NCBI GenBank assembly: GCA_964304625.1
Contig: OZ199840.1
Coordinates: forward strand, 3,944,490 to 4,008,489
From: Kudoa neothunni
Lineage: Eukaryota; Animalia; Cnidaria
Length of the DNA: 64,000 nucleotides
Direction of reading: 5' to 3'
A program made the position numbers and the translations under genes. The notes beneath the pieces are model-generated. The model had not been told where the DNA came from. It worked only from the letters and a program-made list of their open reading frames with translations, and ran no database searches. Below, piece by piece: positions 1 through 20,867 of the stretch; within the stretch, counting starts at the first letter, position 1; every line of letters starts with the position of its first letter.

Positions 1-50
1 GCGGGATATTGTTCCAATGACCATCAGATAATTTCGTATCAATAATGATA

Positions 51-452
51 TTACAAATGTTCGAACAAAAAATCTCTCCCAATAATAGCATCGTATATCA
101 GATTGTTAACAATAAATGCTTTGCAATCTACCCAAACTCTACCAATATGCACTTGAATTGTGATAAAATGCGATATTTCAATCTTGTCGCCACGCGCAGA
201 GAAAAGACACATATAAGGACACTCCACTACATTCATACTATTATTGATAAGTTTTCCATTAATGAGGGTATGCGACGATCCTGTATCCACCAAGCCACTA
301 AATGAATTTTCGGATCCTGGGCAAGCACAAGACACAATTAATCCCTGGGGCGTGCCTTCGTTTCGAATATTAGTAGTCATGGCAATACTCTCTAATTTCG
401 GTGAATTCGGGAGCGAGGCTCGAGAGTAGGCCTGCCCCCTTTTTCGTTTCCC
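51..452 (-). CDS. pol: Gypsy pol N-terminus (aspartic protease), in the -1 frame relative to gag
   Basis: Frame open from the GGGAAAC heptamer (452-446) through GLVDTGSSHTLI and DAIIGRDFL; stop at 51-53. Confidence 0.85.
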   Translation of the reverse strand, partial: GKRKRGQAYSRASLPNSPKLESIAMTTNIRNEGTPQGLIVSCACPGSENSFSGLVDTGSSHTLINGKLINNSMNVVECPYMCLFSARGDKIEISHFITIQVHIGRVWVDCKAFIVNNLIYDAIIGRDFLFEHL

Positions 453-1132
453 GACCGACTATAGCATTTTTTTGCCATGTGCCCAACCTTTTGGCATATG
501 TTACAGCGTATGAGGCCCTTACATTCGTGGCCAAAATGGTATCTACTACCACATTTATAACATTCCTGTTTGTTGGGTGGTCGAGTAGGATAAATTGGTT
601 GTTTCACAGCATTTATGTATGGGGTCGTATCGGTTGCGTCTGTCGGATTTGCGTCAAGATACGCTTGGGCTTTCTCCACGAGTACCGCCATGTTTCCGGT
701 GGATTCACTGTTCAATATGGGTTGGTACATTTTTGGCACTGTCTCAACAATTTTTGGTTTCAGGAAGAATATTATATCTTCCGCCGTCGCATTCGGTCTA
801 GCCGCTTTTAGGCGAAGCAAAATTCGATTGGCAAATTCTTGGATTCTCTCTCCTGACTTTATTTTGTCGTTCAAGAAAATCGTCCACTGGTTTTGTATAC
901 TTGTGACACTTGCATAATATCCCTTTATCCTCCTCGTCAACGCTTCTACGGGACCCAATTCGAGTTTCTCTTGATCGGACGGCTTTAACATTGGACGTTG
1001 GTGGATAGGTATTGCTAGTAGCAGGAACGCGTAATGTTGTTCCGTCGTGTGGTTTTTTATGAGGGATCTTGCCTCCAATTCCTCAAGTTGCACGTCGATC
1101 GGCATATCAAAATTAATTTCCTTGATTTTCAT
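392..1132 (-). CDS. gag: Gypsy gag
   Basis: First ATG at 1132; knuckles CYKCGSRYHFGHEC and CNICQKVGHMAKKC. Confidence 0.9.
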   Translation of the reverse strand: MKIKEINFDMPIDVQLEELEARSLIKNHTTEQHYAFLLLAIPIHQRPMLKPSDQEKLELGPVEALTRRIKGYYASVTSIQNQWTIFLNDKIKSGERIQEFANRILLRLKAARPNATAEDIIFFLKPKIVETVPKMYQPILNSESTGNMAVLVEKAQAYLDANPTDATDTTPYINAVKQPIYPTRPPNKQECYKCGSRYHFGHECKGLIRCNICQKVGHMAKKCYSRSGNEKGGRPTLEPRSRIHRN

Positions 1133-1142
1133 TTTCACTTGG

Positions 1143-1155
1143 ACCTCTGACACCA
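1143..1155 (-). promoter_or_regulatory. Primer binding site, tRNA-Leu type
   Basis: TGGTGTCAGAGGT 2 nt after the LTR CA; complementary to the tRNA-Leu 3' end (..CTGACACCA). Confidence 0.75.
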
Positions 1156-1157
1156 AA

Positions 1158-1274
1158 TGTAACGCGGCAGCGACAAGCTATAGAAAACACGGTTCAACAA
1201 AACTAACCACGCCACCGACGACGAACCTCGACCATAACATAAAGGTGATGATTAATTATATTAGGTTCACTACA
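1158..1274 (-). repeat. 5' LTR (117 bp)
   Basis: TGTA...TACA termini, directly followed by a PBS on the minus strand. Confidence 0.8.
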
Positions 1275-1769
1275 TAGATGTTTTAAAATGTTTTATATTT
1301 ATACTTTGTATCTAAAATGATACGTTCCAACCATTAAAATAAGCTTTGTACGTCTTACTGTAAATTATTTTCTCTATTATTTTTGTTATATATCGACTAT
1401 AAACTTGGTAACGATAAAAGATAATTGAATAATACCTTTATTAGTTTTTATATTTTTTTGGTAAATTTTTTTGGATTATAAAAAAAGTTATGATCATTTT
1501 ATCATCAAGTAATATTTCATGAATCAGTTATTAAGAGGACTAATTAAACGAAATAAAAAAGTGCAACACATACATAATTTTAGTAATATATAGTTACATA
1601 ATTGCAATTTATTTGGATGATTTTTTCATAAATGTTGTTCATAAAATTTTTTATCCTCATAAATGTTTTCGCAGGGAGCTATTATATTTTCTACTTCATA
1701 ATGTATGTAATCAATATACATGTACCTCTGTGTCTAATTTGAGGGCTTATTGCATTTTTCAAAACTAAA

Positions 1770-1808
1770 TTTTCCTAATCCCATACGAAGGAGGACAATT
1801 TGCGCTAG
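1770..1808 (+). mobile_element. Helitron 3' terminus (degenerate hairpin + CTAG|T)
   Basis: cctaatcccatacgaaggaggacaatttgcgCTAGt resembles the 47526 end read on minus (ctcaatcccgtgcgaagctgggcagttcgcgCTAGt). Confidence 0.55.
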
Positions 1809-3404
1809 TATACAACATATGTAGATATACACCGTTTAAAGTTTAAACTAATCCCAAGTATTTATAGGATTTTGTCAGTCTCGAAAATACTCGATTATCG
1901 CATTTTTAAATCCTAGTCTTCAACACCAATAATGTCTAATCTCAATCTCCCTGACGAACCGAACTATAATTGCGAGTACATCAAACACAATAGCAACTGC
2001 AAACTTTAATCACCGCCTCCGTAACAAAATGAGGATGTAACGCGCAGAATCAGATAAATATGACATCCTTCCGCTCTAATAGTTTCGCGAATGAAATGTA
2101 AAAAAGGTGAATGTAAAATAAACTCATCTAATTCTACAAGTCGACAAATTAACTATAGGTTTTATTTTTTGAGTTCAGGATTCTAGAGTTTATCTGAAAA
2201 CATGAAATTCCTATTTTAAGAAAGTGCAAATAAAAATCCGATTAAAAAGAAATTAATCTAATAATTAAATTTTATCATCATTTCATTTCTAAAACAAAAT
2301 ACGGTCGGTAATTGATTTTGCACACTTTTTCCCGGACACCCTGTTGATTAATGTAGCATTATTCGCAGAAAAATTAGAAATTTAGCGATGAGCGACGATA
2401 AAAATACAACAACATTAGAAGGAAAATCCAAAATAATAAAATACTTCGAAAAGCTTCCATAAATAAATGTTAAGATAGTTACTGTGAGACATTTCAACAT
2501 ATCAAATGTAGCAATCCTAAATGGCCTCCTCGAAAAAGGAATTAAAATTTATCTCTAATTTAAGAAAGTTTAGGTCGTTTCCGCTAATTGTTAGAATTGG
2601 AAATTGATTTTTTCAAAAATTGAAACTAGGTATCACTTGACTTTTTTGTCTGTTGTAGAATTTATAATCGTTTATATTATTTCAATAAAAAAACATCAAT
2701 TTTTCTTCTAAATTCAAAAAAAGGGATATATAATTATTATGCGCACGCTCAAAGAGTGTGTGGAATCGGTTACCTACTGTAATACAGATACAACTCTTTG
2801 TCGCGCACGTGTTACCTCGACCAACTGACAAGTGAGTCACGTTAAACCTTTGGTGTGCGGATAATCCCGATTTCGACAAATAGAAAGAGAGTGATTAACC
2901 TTGTAGGATTATTGAATGAATTTTTGATTTACTTTGTTTATTTATTGTTATCACCTAACATCGAATTATTTTAATAAACTCCAAACCTAATCTTTCGTCA
3001 ATTCTAAATGCTGTGTTGCTTAACAAAAATTGTTATGTTCAGTCTCATCATAAAGTTTTATGAAAACCTTTCATTCACTACATAATTCTATTCATCAATA
3101 GGTTGTTTGGTAAAGGAAATAGTTTAATAGTTTATAGTCTAACCAACTGTCGTTACCTATCAAGGATTTTCGGTGTGACTGTATCCAATTGATTCATGTA
3201 AGTTAATACCATAATTGACTACGTTATGTAACTTGCAGACGCGAAATCGGAATACAAAAAATAATTAAAGATGAATTAAATTTTTATCGATCAGTTTTTT
3301 AAGTGTCGATCTGGAATAGACCCTACAGAATTTTACAAGAGGTTCCAAAGCTTACACGAGAAGATACGGCAATAAATCTTTTAATCGTGCGTATTTGTAC
3401 ATCA

Positions 3405-4593
3405 ATGTCTGAGGTTAGTGCTGAGAACAAAAAAATATTGGCTGCTACAGCTAAAGCTATTGTCGCCGATGGAAAGGGAATATTGGCTGCAGACGAAAGT
3501 GTGCCAACTGTTGGTAAACGTTTTGCTGGCATAGGGCTTGAGAACAATGAGGAAAACCGTCGTAAATTCCGTGAAATGTTGTTCTTGTGTCCGAACGTCG
3601 AGAAATATTTTGGTGGTATAATTTTTTTCGAGGAGTCCCTATACCAGAAAACCGATTCTGGAATCACTTTCACCGAGGCTGTGAAAAAGAGAGGAATTTG
3701 TGTTGGTATCAAAGTGGATAAGGGTATGATCCAATTGCCAGGCGGTAAAGCTGGGGAAAAATTCACTCGTGGTATGGATGATTTGGATCAAAGAATGGCC
3801 AAATTCCGTGCTGACGGTTGTGATTTCGCTAAATGGAGATGTGTGATCCAGATCGATGTTCAAAGCGGTACTCCTACCGAATTGGCTGTAATGGATGTTG
3901 CATTTACTTTGGCTAGATATGCTCGTATCTGTCAAGTTCGTTTCTGCTTCTTTCACCACGTTCACTTATTAAATTTCTGCATTTAGGACAATTGTATTGT
4001 ACCTATTGTTGAGCCTGAAGTATTGATTGATGGCACTCATGATCTCGAGACTGCAACCAAAGTCACTGAGCACGTTCTTAATGTAGTGTACTCTCAACTC
4101 CATTTGCACAATGTGTTCCTTGAGGGAACTTTGTTGAAACCCAACATGGTCACTCCTGGACAGCAATGCCCCAAAAGAGCTACTCCAGAGGAGATTGCTG
4201 TTGCAACTGTGTCTGTTCTCAGTAGAACAGTGCCAGCTGCAGTTCCAGGTATCACTTTCCTTTCCGGCGGTCAATCTGAAATGGAAGCTACCAAACATTT
4301 GAATGCTATCAACAAAGTTGCACGTAAGTTCAGAGTGTATAGAATGTGCCTTTAGTTAATTTTTCGTTTCAGTTCCAAGACCATGGGCGTTAACATTCTC
4401 GTTTGCTCGTGCTCTCCAAAATTCCTGTATCAAGAACTGGGGTGGAAAAACTGAAGGTCTTGCCAAGGCACACGAAACTCTTACTCTTAGAGCTGCTCTC
4501 AATTCTCAGGCTGCCAAAGGATTGTACGATGAATCTCTCGAAACTGACGAGGCTGCCAAACAAAGTCTTTTCGTTAAGGGACACACTTACTAA
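3405..4593 (+). CDS. ALDO: Fructose-bisphosphate aldolase class I, 3 exons (3405-3935, 3987-4323, 4373-4593), 362 aa
   Basis: [25 protein letters not shown], Schiff-base [19 protein letters not shown]-terminal Tyr; GT-AG introns of 51 and 49 nt keep the frame. Confidence 0.97.
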
Positions 4594-5399
4594 ACCTGTT
4601 TGTGTTGTTCTCAGCCGACCGACTTATCGAATTTATTGGCAACCAAAACAAAAAATAGTTTCAACTTAATTTTATGATTAGAGAACTAATCCTATATCAA
4701 TAGTCACTCTAATAAAGTGTGTTTCTGTGATTGTCCATTACCCTGCTAATTGAAATATTCTGTCAGTAGCGCATGTTTCTATTTATTGGTGCATCAATCT
4801 GATTAACATCTCCTCAATGTCGATATTTTAATCCCATCTTAGGGGCGCATAGGATGAAATGTTTGAATGGATGATAGAATAACAGCCTTGGCCTGTAATT
4901 CTATCGCATCTTTCAATAGTTGCAACTAATGTAGAGTCTATCTTAAAATATTTCGTGTTTATGTTATCGTTAGCGTTGAAGGAATTGAATTAATTTTACC
5001 ACTTCGTATATTATCCCAGTGAGACTAGGAGGATGATTATGTGCAAAAAGAAAACTTATAGTTTTAGGTTGTTCTTCATATTTTCACACTCGGATATAAC
5101 TGTCATGTGGATGCATTTATAGGGCTGTCTTCAATTAAAATAACCACCAAGAAAAATGTTGTGAGCTTAGTTGCCTAATATAGTAATGGACCGATCGTAC
5201 ATACCATAGTTATTTTTCGTACCAAAAGGTTCGCAAAAATTTTAAGTGATTTTAAAAAATAATGCTATAATTACTCGCATTAAATAATTTACATGTAGGT
5301 ATCGTAGTTTTTAACGTTTATTTTGGTAGATTCAATAGAGCGCGTGCGAACGAATTTAAACATTTTAAATTAAAAAAAATTTGGAACAATCTCCTCACG

Positions 5400-5700
5400 A
5401 AACACCTTTTTATCAAGTAGTGATAGCAGAAGAACTTTGATAACAATAATAGGAACAAAAATTTTCAAAATTTTGCCATTTTTTCTATCATTAAAAAAAT
5501 AACCGGAAGAGAAATGTCTTGAAACGCTATTTTAACGATGTTTCAGTGAATTCGTTTTCTTGTAAATTCTATTTTGTTGTAGAGATAATTTCACGTTGCA
5601 ATATTTACAGGGTAATTCAATTTCCACTTTCTCTATGTCGGTCCATTCAACAGAAAATATCAATTCCTCTCTAGTTACTAACCCTTTTAAGTTGTTCGGA
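5400..5700 (-). pseudogene. Relic of a CGGBP1-like hAT transposase N-terminus
   Basis: SVEWTDIEKVEIELPCKYCNVKLSLQQNRIYKKTNSLKH aligns by eye with LVEWADLEAVGDSLSCKYCKVLFLPKQNKIQEHFSSQKH of the 38705-40625 element. Confidence 0.65.
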
Positions 5701-5978
5701 AGATTTCGAATTTTCCTGGAAAACAAAAGTTGAAACTTTTTTAAAAATTCGACGACTGAAATCGCTTTTAATCGAAAACTACGATCCCTATTTATAAGCA
5801 TAATTACTGGGAAGAAACAAAAAATGAAAATCACGCGAGAGTCTGTCTTACGTACCTTTTTGTTATGTGCATAATTTAAGTCCATCTTTATTTTTGACAT
5901 TTGACTAAAAAAATAATTATTATTTACAGAATTTAATAATTATTGCAAAAAATCTCATATTTATTGGAAAACACTATA

Positions 5979-7074
5979 CAATGGGTGATGGGTAATCCGC
6001 AGTACGGCTAATACGTACTTTTGTTTTCTCATATAGAATTTACTACTTGTTGAACACATTATCTAAGTTGGCATTTATAAACCTAATCTAGTTGAGGTTT
6101 TATACCCGAAAAATAATTTTTAGACAAAAATTTAATAAAATATTTTAATTTAAAGGCATTGTTGGACAATAGTACCTTTTCCCTGAAATTAACCTTAAAA
6201 TCGCGCACAAGTACTATTTGATACGTATGTATGGTTGGCAAGACCTTTGTGATTTGATTGTAATAAATGAAAAATAATATTTATTAAATATTTGAGCTAA
6301 ATATCAGAAAAATAAAAGCCACGCCATTAAAACTGTTGTTTTTGTATTCGTATTAAGTTTAAATAATATCCTACCCAAGAAATTACAAATTAAGGGATAA
6401 GGTGAAAACGGAGCTGTAAACATTAAAAAGTAGTACAAACGATGAATTCGATAAAAAAATATACGAATGGATCACTAGAATAGGATTAAATTATATAATG
6501 TTCCAAAAATCGTTGATGAATGTACATATAAAAATTACTCCGAAAAATTATGAACTCAAGGTGGATTTGAATTTTAACTAAGACAAAATTATGATTCCAT
6601 TTTGGTGTAATTTTCTATATAAAAAATATTAAGAAGGGGAGAAAGAGATTCTTCGGTTGAACATGACGATTTTCAATTACCTAAAGCATTATTTAAGTGA
6701 CACTTTTGGGATTTGTGGATATCGGAATAAAAACAATGAAAAAATGAAAAAAATTTCCCCAGTTTACCTGGACACATCAGCTTATCATATCTAGAACCTG
6801 TTGATAAAGAAATAGCTAAATCACAAAAACTATTAAACTCTCTCAAGTATATGAGACTATTTAACAAAATATAATTGTATTTATGTCTAAAAGTACGCTT
6901 GAAAGTTAGAAGAAGAGTTATTCAACATGTAAATGGAGTGTAAGAAACAAATAAAAATAACAGATATTCTCTAAAGGAAATTATTACAATAATAATCCAA
7001 AAATAATTAAATTTTGGCTAATTCGCACTTGTTCTCAGGTCCCGAAAGGATTACGTATTACTCGTCACCCATTG
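5979..7074. mobile_element. Tc1/pogo-type non-autonomous element
   Basis: TA|CAATGGGTGATGGGTAATCCG ... CGTATTACTCGTCACCCATTG|TA inverted termini with TA flanks. Confidence 0.7.
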
Positions 7075-8723
7075 TATCTTAATATACTCATTATGCCGTG
7101 ATATGATTTTGTTGACAATCCTTGATCCATTTGGAACCATCATTTTAATTGTAAATCAATATTACTTAATGTATTGAAATATTCTTAACGTACTATTCGT
7201 ATACCGAAAAACTTAAAATGATGGGATTAAAAAATTCTTAATAATAAATTAAGAACGTGGCTATTGACACGGATCATAATATCCAGGTGGGTATAGTTTT
7301 GACTGTATTTAATTATTATTGGCCACTGCTACCGATTTTAAAGGCCGATAATTATTAAATACAGTAGATTCTAAAAAATAAACTTTATAGATCAACTATA
7401 AATAGTAGTTGCAGGGATTAAAAACTTCCGTGTCAGCAGCCAGTGCCATACATTAATCAAGCGAAACCACGTTTTGAGTTATTATATCGATAAAATAACA
7501 CCATTTAGGAAGATTTTCAATCCATAATAATAAATGAATGAGGTTAAATTGACTGATTAGAGGCCTCTATTAACGATGGATTAATTGTGAAAGAATTAAT
7601 GGTGGAGATAATATAATAATTTTTATATTAATTTGACTCTTTAATAGAGCTAAAACAAAAAGTAACTCTTGAATAAAATCATGACAACATTATTTTTTGA
7701 ATAAACACGCAAAATCTAAAAAAATTTTGATGTAAAAAATTCACTAAACTTCATAATAAAATAAATAATTATTAATAGCACTAAAATTTTTTCCAATAAA
7801 TAATTTTAACAAAATTTGCACTTCTTATATGTTGATGGCACAATATAAGTCCCACCCAAACAATCATATTCGTGTCTCTGGATGTTCTAAAATTTCAATA
7901 ACCTATCCGATTGATAACCACCTTGTTAGATCAAACAAATACGCATGATGATTATCACTGCAAGCTGAGTCAACTAAGCGTCGTCAAATACCTGGCAGGT
8001 ATAGCTGTATATCGCCATTCATAGCTACAATAGATGGCTAATGGCAACATTAAAAAACTAATCTTCTCAATACTAAAATTAACCATTGTTATAGAAATGA
8101 TTGGAAGTTTTATTTTTTGAAATGTACACCATAGCGACTAGCAGTGTTTGTTAGTGTTTTAATTGAATGACGCCAAACTTGAAAAGATGTGTAGGAAACG
8201 GTAGAAGATTTATATGAGTGTGCGATAAAAGCTGAATCAATAAGGCAAATGTACCCCGCCAACTTTAAACTTAACTCAATTTTTGAAGTTTTAACCAACC
8301 ACACGTGTATAGGTGACGATAGTTATATCAATGGGCTGGTTGGGAATGCTCGGGACTGCACTTGTAGCCTACACAAATAAAAGCTTAAGAGGGATTTGCG
8401 TACGCAAAACAGAATTAATATAAAGGATTTGGTTTGTGCACAAAAACAATCCCAGTTGTATATATATAAAAAGTAATTGAATTTAGTTGGTTTTTTATGG
8501 GTGGGGTAATAGCAGACGTATGACATTTGAAAGCATTGCTAACAGTGGTATTTTGTTGGCGTGATATAAGTCCCTTAGTTGGGTGGGTAGTAGATTAGTC
8601 GATTGGAGACATTGTACATTTGGTTGGTTTGGTTTAAGTGTTTATCTGGTTGGATCAACATAAAATTAGTGTGTTCATTGTGCGGGGGTTTGATTTTGAC
8701 ATAGAATTTTGTGAAAAGAACAC

Positions 8724-16813
<8,090 letters not shown>

Positions 16814-17199
16814 TCGATGTAATATTGTGACTAGCTTTGTTTACAATTGTAGCTTGAGTTATTTTCGTAACAATTTTAGTTTATGAACTTTATAATTAGT
16901 GTTTTACTACGATTTCTGCTATTATTCATCAATAAAACACACTAATAAGCACACTTTTTATTTTATTTCACCATTCGAACCACACAAAATGTTTGATTTC
17001 AGAAAATAAAAATTGGCAAAATCCCAACGCTAGATTCAGTTGTAAAACAACTAACATCCCGATTAGTAATCCTCATAATCCTACGAAAACGGTATTCGTT
17101 AGAGTCTGCCATGACAATTTTTAATTAAAGCTTATGTTTGAGTAGATTTTACATTTATATCGTGTAATAAATATTTTAATTATTATTTGCACAATAAAA

Positions 17200-17700
17200 T
17201 AAAACATTAAATGAAGATAAGATTTGCAAATATTCAGAATGAATTTTGCAACAGTGTTTTGTACGTCTGAAACAAATAGAAGTCGGTTTCTTATCGGTTT
17301 TCCGTAAACAACATTCAAACCTTAAAAATATTGTTAATTTATTTAATGTGTCGAGTCGTAGCGAAATAGACAAGGAGGAGCTCTTAGGATTTTGGGCTTT
17401 ACGGATGTTTCTTTCCATGAATGGAACGATATAATAACTTTACTTTATTTTCAAAACCTCTCTCTTAACGCTATTATCTCCTAAGCTTTTTTATATGGAA
17501 ATCGCATGTATAAATAATCAATCTAATAAATACAAAAACACCATCATAGGTCGTCATTGTCGATTGTGGATTGACCCAATTCTCAATGTTTTCACTCTCG
17601 TCAGATTCTTACGATATATCAGTTGTAAAGTATCCATAATCATTTGAACGATTGTCGGTGAAATCCATCTCCATTCTCGCAACGATAAAATCAAAACAAG
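17200..17700 (-). pseudogene. Internally deleted piggyBac transposase relic
   Basis: Acidic segment (ESDESENIENW) joined to a decayed C-terminal Cys-rich domain (CCLRKTDKKPTSICFRRTKHCCKIHSEYL). Confidence 0.5.
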
Positions 17701-18559
17701 GAAGTCACGTGACAACTGGTGGAGGTGATAACTGTATAACCACAAATTTAGCTGTCAGATAAACCTAAAATTTGATTTATGTAATAATAATTGTTTTAGC
17801 TATCAATCGGTATGAAAAAAATTCATTGGATGTATTCTTGTTATATCTTTGATTTTATATTTTTAGTCGTAGTATTTTAAATTCAAATATTTGTCCTCTT
17901 TTTAGAAGGTTAAAAAAAACTTGTATCCCACGAAGTGAAAACAAATCACGCATACAACCAACAACGTCCTTCTTGTTGAGCTACAAATTTATCCAAACTC
18001 ATTAGAGGTTTAAACTCCTTCCATTAAGTTCATTTTGTATGGCTGAGCCCATAACAAATCCGGTACATTTTAATCCTAAATGATATTTACGCCAGCGCGA
18101 TAAGAATTTTTAATTCAAGCCATTCATAGTTACAAGCAGTTTACAGATTTAATTTTCTAGAATATGCCGTATTTTATTTTTGACACTTAAAATTAAGCAA
18201 CTGCCTGGAAATAATTAAATATAGCGAACTGCAGAAAATAACCTGAACTAGTACCCTGTAAAAAGGAAACGCGAGGATTAAAAATAATGACCGCGCTGGT
18301 GTAGACGGACTTTAAAATTAAATTTGTGCGGTTCTTTAACGACAAATTTGAAATACATAGTATATTATCAGATATAATTCAGTATCTTAATCGATTTAAA
18401 TTCATTATTATTCTCAGTTTACATCATTATCATATGCAGTCATTCATTTGTGAGCTCATAATGATTTAAAAGTATATATTTATGTCAATAAAATAATGAA
18501 AAACGGAATTTAAACAGTATTCGGGTTGTATCGTTTTACTTCGCCGCCGTGTAACAGAA

Positions 18560-18867
18560 ATGGGCTCGCTTAATGATGACTCGCTTCGAGAACTTGAAGT
18601 AAATGCAATGGTTGATCTTTACGATAGGTATTGACCTATTTTTTCTGTTTTATCTGAAAATAAATATTTCGTAGAATAAAAAACAACTGTATGGACAAAT
18701 GTTTGCAGTCCAATATATCCGATCCTGGTTTGTCCACTGGGGAAAGCGTTTGCATGAATCGATGTGTTTCCAAGTTTTTTGAAGTTCACACAATAGTGGG
18801 CGAAAAAATTCAGGAGATGACAATGGCAGAACAACAAGCTCAGATGCAAAATTCTGCTAAAAAATGA
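18560..18867 (+). CDS. TIMM10: Mitochondrial small Tim chaperone Tim10, 2 exons (18560-18627, 18675-18867), 86 aa
   Basis: ELEVNAMVDLYDRIKNNCMDKC...LSTGESVCMNRCVSKFFEVHTIVGEK with a twin CX3C motif; 47-nt intron; not in the ORF track. Confidence 0.92.
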
Positions 18868-20867
18868 TCCTATTCGCGCTATGATTAGGTTAGGATGCTT
18901 TATATATGAACATAATTGAATTTTCACAAATACTGAATTTGAGTTCATTATTATTAATCTTGTATTTTCTGCCTTTATGGTACGAAATGTATCGATAAAA
19001 AGGGAATTTGAGATAGAAGTTTTAACCTTTTTGAAAAGATTTGTGTTTGTCTGGGCGCGCTCCAAAATTGAAAATGATCTGAGGAGTTATATGTGCCGCT
19101 TCGTATACAAATATTAATCCACATTGAATGTTCATGTATTAAATCCTCTCACTATAATTTTAAAATCAAAATATGTGTATGATTTGTTCTCCGATAGAAA
19201 TGCGTTCTAAACTAATTTTGATTCATTTTAAATTATTCCATTGTAGATTCTATTATTAACATTCTAGTACATAAAAAATGTGATTAAAAAAGGTCTCGAT
19301 ACTGCGTTACTTGATGTTTTGTAATTGATTGATTTTCTTGAAGGAATTATTTAATTTAGTTATCAAAGTACCTCTTTTGTTAGTAATCACGCGAGTGAAT
19401 CTAAACCAGGTGTTGGCGACCAGGGTGGGATACCTGGTCTGATGGTCATGCCAAATTAGAAGGTGGGTCACAATGTATATAAATTGTTTAGCTGTAAAAA
19501 ATTGTTCAAAATACAATTTAAAAATGACTTAGTAAATTTGTATTTTGTTACGAAAAGTCAATTCTTTTATTACAACGCGAAATAAAAAAACGAACGTTTG
19601 ACATTATTACGAGGAAATGGCTTGTTTTTGTATAATTGTTTATATAAAAATTTACCTAATTTTATTTATATTAAATATAATATTTTCTATACTTAAATGA
19701 TTTTTTTAATCGTAAAGAACACGAATTAAATGTTTCCATTCATCATAATAAAACTAATATCATAAAATCGGTATAAATAAGAAATTTGTTTCGAGAAATA
19801 TTTTCATTTTGGTTTTTACATATTTATATTTAAAAGGACGTTGATAATATTTAACTAACCTCCATTCAATTTGCTATTAAATTTCTTTATGTGAGGAAAA
19901 GATAGATTATAAAGGTAGAGAAAATTATATAAGTACTGTCTAAAAAAAATTTAGCTTATTACTTTTCCCCTTGCGGACCGGACGGGCATATTTGGGGAGC
20001 TAAAGTTGGTCTGCGGATTGGTCGCCGCTATAATATATGAAATGAATTTCATATTTCATTTTTCGGAAACTACCCACAGATTGTTATTGGCCAACGCATC
20101 ACGAAGAAGCTGAGATAATTACATTTCCAACTAATATTTACATGAAAGTTTACGAAACAAAAAAATCGTCTAATTAGTTTGGGATATTTTTCACGTGTTG
20201 ATATTGAACCATTGGGGTTCTCACACCTTTCGGTGGGAAGTCCCGAATTAGGCTATAAAACAATCATTTGTTGTATTATTGCATGCAAGAATAAATTTTA
20301 ATTATTTGAAAATAAATCATTGCATTGTAAAAAATTTTTCAAGTTGTTCATCGGTACTAACAACAATACCATGGGAGGTAATTGGACCCCACATTTAAGA
20401 TTAAGTTTTCCAAAATCGGCCAATAATTTTTTGTGTTCTGCCTCAATCCTCAGTTCTGTAAAATCATATGTGCTTCAAAACTAAAGTTAATTAGAATTGA
20501 CTAACACATTAAAATTTGTTACAAATATGTTATATGTTATTTGCTGTAATTAAAAGTAGTTAAATCTCATATCTCTTCAATGATTAAACCTCTATCTTTC
20601 ATTATACCGCAAGTATAACGTACGGAATTATTTCATACAATTTTCTTAGTCTATAACTTAAGTTGGTGTTCATAACGGAAAATTTAGTTGAAAACAACCC
20701 TCGAGCCAATTTCATAACTAATGTAAAATTTTTGAAGATATGAAAGGAGTAAAGTTGTTCGTGAGACTATATCAGTTATGTATTGCTTGGATTTATATTT
20801 ATCAGGGCGGTGATTTTCAACCAGTGATCTGCGGATCTTTGGGGTTCCCGCAACGGTCGTCTAGCAG

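Larger units (their letters stand above)
1..1274 (-). mobile_element. Ty3/Gypsy LTR retrotransposon (Mag-like), 5' part: LTR, PBS, gag, protease; continues off the window start
   Basis: 117-bp LTR 1274-1158 (TGTAGTG...GCGTTACA), TT spacer, PBS TGGTGTCAGAGGT, gag with two CCHC knuckles, protease LVDTGSS...IIGRDFL. Confidence 0.93.

Noticed and set aside
45-1277. Plus-strand ORFs over the first Gypsy element
   Set aside because: Antisense shadows of gag and protease with no motifs
3303-3404. 34-aa N-terminal extension of aldolase from the GTG start in the ORF track
   Set aside because: Homology starts at ATG 3405 and nothing supports a non-ATG start
18619-19065. 148-aa minus-strand ORF
   Set aside because: Antisense to the Tim10 exon, with a non-ATG start and no motif
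19405-19440. TGGCGACCAGGGTGGGA, resembling a tRNA-Arg PBS, inside an ACCAGGT/ACCTGGT inverted repeat
   Set aside because: No LTR ending in CA before it and no gag after it; cannot be supported as a PBS or ncRNA
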